From Bdellovibrionales bacterium (GTDB lineage Bacteria > Bdellovibrionota > Bdellovibrionia > Bdellovibrionales > Bdellovibrionaceae), in NCBI GenBank assembly GCA_031370005.1, contig JANMPT010000007.1, positions 1 through 16,928 on the forward strand: a stretch of 16,928 nucleotides of DNA. Direction: 5' to 3'. Shown piece by piece: positions 1 through 7,017 of the stretch (positions are counted from its first letter, which is position 1; every line of letters starts with the position of its first letter). The position numbers were made by a program, and so were the translations under genes. The notes below the pieces were generated by a model. It had not been told where the DNA came from. It was given only the letters and a program-made list of their open reading frames with translations, and made no database searches.

Positions 1-351
1 TTCTCGATGATACGCCCAGTACCATGCAAAAGGAGGATTGATCATTAGAAGACTTGGATAGTCGATATCATCATGTGGCGACCGTAAGAGAGGATTGCAG
101 GTGCGTATTGAGTAGGAAAAAGAACCCGCTTGATTTCCGGAATTAGCTAAACTTCCCTGCCCATGTCCATTGCCGTTGGCGTCCTTAACCACAGTCCCTG
201 GATTGCTAAAATCAAAGATTATTTTAGTTGTGTCTCCGGCGACCGGGGCTAAAAGAGGAGGATCCCCCACAAACTGCGCCATCGCTATTGTTGAAAAGAA
301 AAGACCTAAAAAAGAACTCGAGACAAAACCTAAGATGAAAAGACGTGCCAT
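1..351 (-). CDS. Secreted hypothetical protein, N-terminal part (runs off left edge); paralog of the ORF at 16849
   Basis: Manually translated open frame from ATG at 351 to base 1: MARLFILGFVSSSFLGLFFSTIAMAQFVGDPPLLAPVAGDTTKIIFDFSNPG... AAGGA RBS 8 nt upstream; Sec signal peptide ending in an A-M-A cleavage motif. Not in the ORF track. Confidence 0.8.
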   Translation of the reverse strand, partial: MARLFILGFVSSSFLGLFFSTIAMAQFVGDPPLLAPVAGDTTKIIFDFSNPGTVVKDANGNGHGQGSLANSGNQAGSFSYSIRTCNPLLRSPHDDIDYPSLLMINPPFAWYWAYHRE

Positions 352-395
352 TTAGTTTATCCTTTTGTTTCTTAGATTTTTCTGCGAACAACTTC

Positions 396-423
396 TTTTC
401 GGCTGTTAACAAGGAATACTTTA
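396..423 (-). promoter_or_regulatory. sigma28/FliA-type promoter
   Basis: Minus strand reads TAAA-N16-GCCGAAAA, versus consensus TAAA-N15-GCCGATAA. It lies about 45 nt upstream of the ATG at 351 and is conserved in the paralogous copy at 16770-16796. Confidence 0.65.
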
Positions 424-562
424 GACCTTCGTCGGGGCCAACAGCTCCACGCGTGAATCATTCTGAAACGCTTTTGAAAACCTTGTAATTTTCAATGTCG
501 CCGCAGCAAGAGCGCAAGACTTTCAAAATACTACGCTTACTGCCTACTCATATAAAAAATAA

Positions 563-591
563 TTGACATCGCTTCAAAATTATCCTAACTT
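563..591 (+). promoter_or_regulatory. Putative sigma70 promoter of the transposase-like gene
   Basis: TTGACA (563-568), N17, TAACTT (586-591), followed by a purine-rich AAGGAAAGGG before GTG 609. Confidence 0.45.
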
Positions 592-608
592 TTAAGGAAA
601 GGGTAGTT

Positions 609-1226
609 GTGCGTAAAAAAAAGCAGCTTTCGTTCTTAAGTTTTGACATAAAGCCAGTATCGAGACAGTTTGGTGGTGCCCTACTTAAAGGCAACCCCAA
701 GGAAAAGAGACCCCTTTCCCTGAAAAATCCCCTACATTTAGTGTTGAAATCAAAGAATACTTTTGGCGCAAACTCGATGCTGGCTAAAGCTCACGCCAGT
801 CGAATTGATCGTTTGGTTCGCAAGCAGGCAGGGTGTTGTGGGGTCAAAATCTATCACTTTGTCAATGTCGGGAACCACCTGCACTTGGTTATTCGCCTGC
901 AGGATCGAAGGCTTTATCATGTGTTTATTCGGGCAATCTCGGGGCTGATTGCTCGCCAGGTGCTCGGAAAAGAACGCGGGTCACAGCGGGAGGCTCAGGA
1001 CTCATCACTGGATATGAAGCCAGTTATGAAAACTAAAAAATTCCAATTTTGGGTGGCAAGGCCCTTCACTAGATTTGTCACCTGGGGGGCTGACTACAAA
1101 AACCTTAGTCTATACATGAAAAAAAACCAAGCCCAGGCCGGCCGCTCTGGCGCTAGGTTCAGTGAAAAATCAACTGCCCCTGTTGTTGGTTTTGATCTTC
1201 AAGTATCATTGATGAGCACCGCCTGA
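609..1226 (+). CDS. HUH/Y1 tyrosine transposase-like protein (IS200 TnpA / REP-associated RAYT-like)
   Basis: N-terminal HLVLKS strand, HUH motif GNHLHLVI, FW..RPFTR segment and a candidate catalytic Tyr in LYMKKN. 205 aa and basic; no tnpB adjacent. Confidence 0.8.
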   Translation: MRKKKQLSFLSFDIKPVSRQFGGALLKGNPKEKRPLSLKNPLHLVLKSKNTFGANSMLAKAHASRIDRLVRKQAGCCGVKIYHFVNVGNHLHLVIRLQDRRLYHVFIRAISGLIARQVLGKERGSQREAQDSSLDMKPVMKTKKFQFWVARPFTRFVTWGADYKNLSLYMKKNQAQAGRSGARFSEKSTAPVVGFDLQVSLMSTA

Positions 1227-1263
1227 GCCGCTCACGTCGGCATTGCCAGCTTCCGGCGGGGCT

Positions 1264-2157
1264 TTAGTTTTCATGTAATACTTGGCCAGATGGCATTTCG
1301 CCCTTTAGGTACTCACCAAAATGAACTAGATTTTTAACTTGAGGCAAAATAAGTGCCATCGCTTGTTTGTACTTTTCTCTGTCTTGCCACTCGATATCCA
1401 CATGGAATGAATATTCATATGGCCTACCGATGATAGGCACAGATTGGATTTTCGATAGATTAACTTCAAGCTCGCCAAATATTTTAAGAACATTCATTAG
1501 AGCCCTGGGCTGGTGAGTGACTTCAAAACAAATGGATGCCTTGTTTGTATTTTCGCTCTGCTGATAATCATCCGCTCGAAAAATGACTAAGAATCGAGTG
1601 TAATTCTGTTTATTTGTTTCAATTCCTTCAGCTAAAACTTCTAAATCATAAACAGAGGCAGCCAACTTATTAGCGATTGCGGCATAGCCGAGTTTATTTT
1701 TTTCGCGAATTTCCTTTGCACTTTCAGCTGTGTCCGCTGCCTCAAGAGCTTGCATTTTAGGATAAGATAATAAAAACCGCTCACACTGCAAAAGAGCCAT
1801 GGGGTGAGATTGAACAAACTGAATGTCTTCGATTTTTTGCCCGGGCAATGCCATTAGGCTCATTTCAATACGTAAATAAACCTCGGTGGCAATTTTAAAG
1901 CCATACTTTGCAAGGAGTGCATAATTAGGAAGTATACTTCCGGCAATGGAGTTCTCAATAGCCATCAAACTGAAATCAGTTTCTGATTGATTCAGTTTCA
2001 ATCCAAGGTCGCCAAAACTAGGAGATTCAATTAAAACAACCTGCTGGTTTGTTATTGATTTTTGATGATAATATTTTTGAGCGGCTAAATCGTGAAAAGA
2101 AGCCTTCACCCCTTGAATGCCGATTTTGTATTTTTCTTTTTTTTTCGCAGCTTCCAC
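1264..2157 (-). CDS. pheA: Prephenate dehydratase (PDT + ACT domain, no chorismate mutase domain)
   Basis: Motifs IQG..ASFH, AIENSIAGS, SHPMALLQC, DTAESA and NYTRF; ACT domain NLSKIQSVP...YSFHVD. Confidence 0.92.
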   Translation of the reverse strand: MEAAKKKEKYKIGIQGVKASFHDLAAQKYYHQKSITNQQVVLIESPSFGDLGLKLNQSETDFSLMAIENSIAGSILPNYALLAKYGFKIATEVYLRIEMSLMALPGQKIEDIQFVQSHPMALLQCERFLLSYPKMQALEAADTAESAKEIREKNKLGYAAIANKLAASVYDLEVLAEGIETNKQNYTRFLVIFRADDYQQSENTNKASICFEVTHQPRALMNVLKIFGELEVNLSKIQSVPIIGRPYEYSFHVDIEWQDREKYKQAMALILPQVKNLVHFGEYLKGEMPSGQVLHEN

Positions 2158-2192
2158 TTGAAAAGCTTACTAAAAATTTCAAAAAATACAAA

Positions 2193-2657
2193 TTAAATTC
2201 CTGCCAATGATAGTTTGTTGATCACTTCTCCAATAGCTTGCTGATCCATGACCGATAAAAACCCTCCGTCATCGACTTCATCTGCGAGGAGATGAGCCAG
2301 ATGCCACAAAAGATCGTCTGTGGTGACGATGCCGACGGCGTTGCCCTCTTTATCCGCGATCAAAAGGCACGATATTTTCTTTTGCAGCATAAGTAAAATG
2401 GCTTTTCGAAGTGAAAGGCTTTGATCAACATACTCCACTGGTGAGCTCATCATCCACTCTGCCAGGATATTTTTTGACTCAGGTACGGAATTAAGGTCCC
2501 TTTGGGAAAGAACACCCACGATGTCATCCATTGCGTCGACAATCGGAAGGTGGCGAATTCGTTTTTCTTTCATCAGCTCGTGAGCCGCAAAGAGAGAAGT
2601 ACCAACAGGAATAGTCAGCAATTTTTTTGTCATAGCTTGTCTTACGGGTGTGATCAT
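2193..2657 (-). CDS. CBS domain pair protein
   Basis: Two CBS repeats: IRHLPIVD..VGVLSQRDL and ISCLLIAD..VGIVTTDDL. Confidence 0.9.
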   Translation of the reverse strand: MITPVRQAMTKKLLTIPVGTSLFAAHELMKEKRIRHLPIVDAMDDIVGVLSQRDLNSVPESKNILAEWMMSSPVEYVDQSLSLRKAILLMLQKKISCLLIADKEGNAVGIVTTDDLLWHLAHLLADEVDDGGFLSVMDQQAIGEVINKLSLAGI

Positions 2658-2812
2658 ACTTCCGCCTTTATGTTAATGAACTTAAGCTTTTGATGTGCAA
2701 AAAGGAAGCCTGAAGGAATACGATTTGGCGGTTTTATTAGGATATTTTGTCTCAAAAATTAATTGCCAGAGCCTATAATATGTCCCAATATGTCCACAAA
2801 TAGGGAAATGCA

Positions 2813-3757
2813 ATGTCAGGCACACACTCACACAGTCACAGTCACGGCCATGCTTATACCCATAAGCATGCTGGACCACGAAACTTTGATAAAGCCTTTG
2901 CTGTTGGCATCTTCTTAAATCTTAGCTTTGTTATCGCTGAAGCCAGCTATGGACTTATCGCAAAGTCCTTAGCCCTTGTGGCTGACGCCGGCCACAATCT
3001 CAGCGATGTGGTGGGACTTGTCCTTGCTTGGGTTGCAATTTGGTTGTCGCGTAAAAAACCAACAGCCCGTTTTACCTATGGGCTTCGCAGATCCTCGATC
3101 CTTGCCGCATTGTTGAATGCAGTCTTACTTTTAATCGCGGTGGGAGGCATTTCCTGGGAGGCGCTGCGCCGTTTTTGGCAACCCATTTCCGTACAAACCA
3201 ATACAGTTATGACTGTGGCTTTTGTTGGTATTCTTATCAATGGAGTGACGGCCTATTTCTTTATGTCGGGCCGTAAGGAAGACCTTAATATTCGTGGAGC
3301 CTATATACATATGGCAACGGATGCTCTGGTCTCTATCGGGGTCCTTGTCGCTGCCTTTATCATTCAACAAACTCAATGGATGTGGGTTGATCCGGCAATC
3401 AGTATTGTAATCGCTCTGATTATTACTGTGGGCACCTGGGGGCTTCTAAAAGAGTCCGTAAACATGGCGATGGACGCAGTCCCTGCGGAAATCCACCTTG
3501 CGCACGTACGGGAATACTTTACAAGTCTTACTGGAGTCCAAGAAGTTCATGATCTACATGTCTGGTCCATGAGCACCACAGAGACTGCTCTTACTGTGCA
3601 CTTAGTAATTCCAAAAAGTTTTCAAACCGACGAACTGCTGGCAAAAATGTGTAAAGAACTTAAAGAAAAATTTAAAATCGCGCACCCGACCATTCAAATT
3701 GAGGCTGGCGATCTTGCAGATTTTGATTGCGCACTCAAGCCTGATGAAGTTGTCTAA
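2813..3757 (+). CDS. Cation diffusion facilitator (CzcD/ZitB-like Zn/Co/Cd exporter)
   Basis: His-rich N-terminus, SLALVADAGHNLSD and HMATD metal-site motifs, about 6 hydrophobic segments, C-terminal VHDLHVW and HPTIQIE. Confidence 0.93.
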   Translation: MSGTHSHSHSHGHAYTHKHAGPRNFDKAFAVGIFLNLSFVIAEASYGLIAKSLALVADAGHNLSDVVGLVLAWVAIWLSRKKPTARFTYGLRRSSILAALLNAVLLLIAVGGISWEALRRFWQPISVQTNTVMTVAFVGILINGVTAYFFMSGRKEDLNIRGAYIHMATDALVSIGVLVAAFIIQQTQWMWVDPAISIVIALIITVGTWGLLKESVNMAMDAVPAEIHLAHVREYFTSLTGVQEVHDLHVWSMSTTETALTVHLVIPKSFQTDELLAKMCKELKEKFKIAHPTIQIEAGDLADFDCALKPDEVV

Positions 3758-3827
3758 AAAAGTTGTCTAGTTTCAAATTGTTTCAGCTTTTGTTGCAGTT
3801 GCACTCTTTTTCAAATACCATGACACA

Positions 3828-4526
3828 ATGGGTATTAAGAAAAAAGGCAGCTGTGAAATCACTCCGATAAGCTGCGAAATGTGCGGAGCAAATTCTCAAA
3901 ATATTATCTGTGCAAGTCACCCAAATATTCCCGAAACCCTGGACCGATCTAAGATTTCTTGTCGCTACAAAAGAGATCAAGTGATCTTCTATTCCGATAA
4001 TGATCCCCTAGGGCTTTTTTTTATACAAAGTGGCCTAGTTAAACTCGAGAAAACATCCGAAGATGGTTCAGCCCACACTCTGCGCCTCATGGGCCCTGGC
4101 GCAATTTTGGGCTATCGTTCTTTGTTTGCCAATGAACCCTACCATGCAACTGCTATCGCTGTAGATCAGGTGGAGCTCTGCTTTGTTCCAAAGTCTGAAA
4201 TACTTTTAATTTTTCAAAATCATCCCGAAGTGGCTCTGCGACTTCTCAATCACCTTGCAAAAGATCTTCGACTTGCTGAAGAGCGTTGGATACATCAAAT
4301 GGACAAGGACGCCAGCGAACGAGTGGCCGAAGCTCTGCTCTTCTTACAAGACCACTTTCACAGTCAAACCTGGACCCGACGAGAGATTGCCGAATGGGCC
4401 GGAACGACTCCCGAAACAGTCATGCGTACTTTAGCCCAATTTGAAAAAGAAGCGCTGATCGACCAAAGCGGACGTCAAATCACCATCATAAATAAATCTT
4501 TATTGAAATCTAAAGCCAATTTGTAA
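3828..4526 (+). CDS. Crp/Fnr family transcriptional regulator, FNR-like with N-terminal Cys cluster
   Basis: N-terminal Cys at positions 8, 15, 18 and 27 plus a central Cys (ELCFV); cNMP-type beta-roll (SGLVKL, GAILG); HTH TRREIAEWAGTTPETVMR; directly upstream of the cbb3 operon. Confidence 0.9.
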   Translation: MGIKKKGSCEITPISCEMCGANSQNIICASHPNIPETLDRSKISCRYKRDQVIFYSDNDPLGLFFIQSGLVKLEKTSEDGSAHTLRLMGPGAILGYRSLFANEPYHATAIAVDQVELCFVPKSEILLIFQNHPEVALRLLNHLAKDLRLAEERWIHQMDKDASERVAEALLFLQDHFHSQTWTRREIAEWAGTTPETVMRTLAQFEKEALIDQSGRQITIINKSLLKSKANL

Positions 4527-4541
4527 TCTTTAAGACATCTT

Positions 4542-4577
4542 AATTTCAAAATATGACCACCGTCATGTTTTGAAATT
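4542..4577. promoter_or_regulatory. Long palindrome with FNR-like core ATGAC-N4-GTCAT; putative Crp/Fnr operator
   Basis: AATTTCAAAATATGAC-CACC-GTCATGTTTTGAAATT, arms 15/16 complementary, located between the regulator and ccoI. Confidence 0.65.
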
Positions 4578-4618
4578 TAAAAAAGAATTAGTCTACCCAA
4601 AGGAGTCATCCTTCCACT

Positions 4619-6841
4619 ATGGGTATAGTTCTTCCATTTTCAGAATGCCATTACTGCAAAACGCCACTGAGCAAGCCTCAGGCGAGCTTTTGCTGCGCTG
4701 CCTGCGAAGCTCTTTTTCAACTAGAGAACTCGGCTGATAAAGGTATTAAAAAAAATACCTTTGCCAAAAATTTAGAAAAATATAAATTTCTGAATGAACT
4801 TAGTGTTCTTGAAATTTGCTTCCATGCCGAAGGACTACACTGTTCATCCTGTGTGCACCTTTTAGAAAGACTGCCGGAGTTTGATTCGCAGATTTTAGAA
4901 TCTAGGGTTCACTTTGGAGAATCCACTGTCCATGTGCGCGTAATACCTGGCGCCTCCTGGGCCAACGTGGCCGCTATTATAGATGAATTGGGCTATCATC
5001 CCACGGCCATTCTCGCTAGCGAAAAACTTCTTGAAAAACAAAAACAAGAAAATCGTAAGAGCCTTATGCGTATAGGTGTCGCAGGGGCCTGCACCGGGAA
5101 CATGATGCTCTTTGTGATTCCGGTCTACGCAGGTCTTGCCGGCACTTGGGCCGTTTTTTTTAATTGGATGAGTTTTTTTCTCTTTCTGCCGATTCTTTTA
5201 TTTTCAGCTCTGCCTTTTTATCAGGGGGCCTGGAACTTTTTAAAATACCGCATCGTCAATGTCGATCTACCCATTGCTGTTGCCATGCTCACTGGATTTA
5301 GCGTCTCTACTTACAATCTCATTCGTGGAGAGGGCCCGGTTTACTATGACTCCACCGCAGGCTTTCTTTTTCTGATTCTTTCAAGTCGATATCTGTTAAA
5401 GCGAATCCAACAAAAATACCTAAGCGGTGACTATCTTTTAGAAAGCATACAAAACCGTCACGATCTCAGCCCAGGCGATAACGTCACAATTTTTCAAGGA
5501 GAAAAAATCCCAGCTGATGGAGTTCTTCTAAGTCCCCAAGCTGAAATTGATATGTCACTTTTTAATGGCGAATCCTTACCTCAGTGCTTTCGCCAAGGCA
5601 TGTCTCTTTATGCAGGCTCTATTCTTTTAAGTCCAAAAATAATTTTACAAGTTGAAAAAACATCTCTGGATACCCGCCTTGGAAAGCTTCTCCAACAGCT
5701 CCGTTCAGACTCGATTCAAAAAAGCCAATTTATAAGCCTCACCGACAAACTTGCTCAAATACTCATCGTCAGTGTCTCATTGATCGCCTTGCTGTTTTTT
5801 CTATTTTACTCCGCAGTAGATACCAACGCAGCTCTAGAAAGGGCGCTGTCTTTGGTTGTTATCGCCTGCCCCTGTGCCTTGGCTTTCGGGACTCCCCTCG
5901 CCTATGGGCTTTCGCTGCGAAAAGCGCAAAAATGTGGAATCCTGATTCGCAATTCCGATGTCTTTGAAAAACTCCAACACATGGAAAATATTTTCTTTGA
6001 TAAAACAGGAACTTTAACCGAGGGGCGTTTAAAGTTAGCTCTCGTCGATGGCGAGCTCACCTCAGAAGACAAAAAAACACTGCTAGCCCTCGAAACTCAG
6101 AGCTCTCATCCCATCGCCTTTGCCCTTCGCCGAGCCTGGAGTTCGCTGCAAGAACTTCCGGAGGTCCTGGATCGCCGAGAAATCCTCGGGGAGGGCGTCA
6201 GCGGTCTGATTCATGGAACTCGGCACTCTCTGACTCGCAGTCAGGAGCTCAACATTCTCGACTACATCACTGTAGAGTACCGCATTGACGGTCGTCTGAC
6301 AGCCCATCTATTCTTTGAAGATCCAGTTCGCCATGAATCCAAAGAAATTCTGAAAAAACTTTCAAATTACCAATTGCATATTCTCTCTGGTGACAAAACC
6401 CCTCGTGTGCTAAAGGTTGCAAGCCTTTGTAATATTCCAAAAGCTCACGCCCACTCCGAGATTTCTCCTGAAGAAAAATTAAAACAAATCCAGAGCTCAA
6501 AACACTCTTGCATGATCGGCGATGGTGCGAATGATTCTTTAGCGCTCAAGGCCGCCGACATTGGCATTGCAGTGAAAGGCAGCGTTGATTTAAGCTTGAT
6601 GTCTGCGGACGTGTATTTTACTCGTGGTGGTCTTCAACCCTTTTTAGATCTGCTGCAAATTGCCAAGGCTGCTCGTAAAACCGTGTATCGCAATCTCATC
6701 ATTTCCCTTGCCTATAATGGCCTCGGCGGAGCCCTCGCTTTGGGCGGGTATATAAATCCGATGATTGCGGCCCTCCTGATGCCGGCAAGTTCTGTTTTAA
6801 TTATTATTTCTTCACTAAGAGGAACTAGGGGAACTAAATGA
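4619..6841 (+). CDS. ccoI: Cu-translocating P1B-type ATPase for cbb3 assembly (CcoI/FixI-like)
   Basis: N-terminal CxxC...CCxxC, HMA-type CSSC, CPC in a TM helix, DKTGT, SSHP, GDGAND, and YN plus MxxSS Cu(I) signature; first gene of the cco operon. Confidence 0.9.
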   Translation: MGIVLPFSECHYCKTPLSKPQASFCCAACEALFQLENSADKGIKKNTFAKNLEKYKFLNELSVLEICFHAEGLHCSSCVHLLERLPEFDSQILESRVHFGESTVHVRVIPGASWANVAAIIDELGYHPTAILASEKLLEKQKQENRKSLMRIGVAGACTGNMMLFVIPVYAGLAGTWAVFFNWMSFFLFLPILLFSALPFYQGAWNFLKYRIVNVDLPIAVAMLTGFSVSTYNLIRGEGPVYYDSTAGFLFLILSSRYLLKRIQQKYLSGDYLLESIQNRHDLSPGDNVTIFQGEKIPADGVLLSPQAEIDMSLFNGESLPQCFRQGMSLYAGSILLSPKIILQVEKTSLDTRLGKLLQQLRSDSIQKSQFISLTDKLAQILIVSVSLIALLFFLFYSAVDTNAALERALSLVVIACPCALAFGTPLAYGLSLRKAQKCGILIRNSDVFEKLQHMENIFFDKTGTLTEGRLKLALVDGELTSEDKKTLLALETQSSHPIAFALRRAWSSLQELPEVLDRREILGEGVSGLIHGTRHSLTRSQELNILDYITVEYRIDGRLTAHLFFEDPVRHESKEILKKLSNYQLHILSGDKTPRVLKVASLCNIPKAHAHSEISPEEKLKQIQSSKHSCMIGDGANDSLALKAADIGIAVKGSVDLSLMSADVYFTRGGLQPFLDLLQIAKAARKTVYRNLIISLAYNGLGGALALGGYINPMIAALLMPASSVLIIISSLRGTRGTK

Positions 6842-7017
6842 ACATTCTAGTACTCATGATCCCCATGGCCCTGCTTCTGGGCTTCGGTTTTATGGCAGCA
6901 TTTTTATGGGCCACCGCCCAAGGTCAGTTTGATGACGTTGAAACTCCAGCCCACAGAATTTTACAAGATGATCCGCAAGAAAGGACTTCCCATGACAAGC
7001 CCACACACAATAAATAA
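6838..7017 (+). CDS. ccoS: cbb3 oxidase maturation protein CcoS/FixS (59 aa)
   Basis: Manual translation MNILVLMIPMALLLGFGFMAAFLWATAQGQFDDVETPAHRILQDD...; characteristic FLWA..GQFDD...A.RIL.DD motif; ATGA overlap with the ccoI stop. Missed by the ORF track. Confidence 0.92.
   Translation: MNILVLMIPMALLLGFGFMAAFLWATAQGQFDDVETPAHRILQDDPQERTSHDKPTHNK

Noticed and set aside
2820..2850. CACAGT/CACACT short tandem repeat as a phase-variable tract
   Set aside because: Imperfect and in-frame, encoding the ordinary His-Ser metal-binding tail of the CDF.
3747..3769. 10-bp direct repeat AAGTTGTCTA at the CDF stop
   Set aside because: Only two short copies 3 nt apart; no element between them to make it a target-site duplication.
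6929..6991. N-terminal extension of ccoNO in the ORF track
   Set aside because: Overlaps ccoS; ATG 6992 has a proper RBS.
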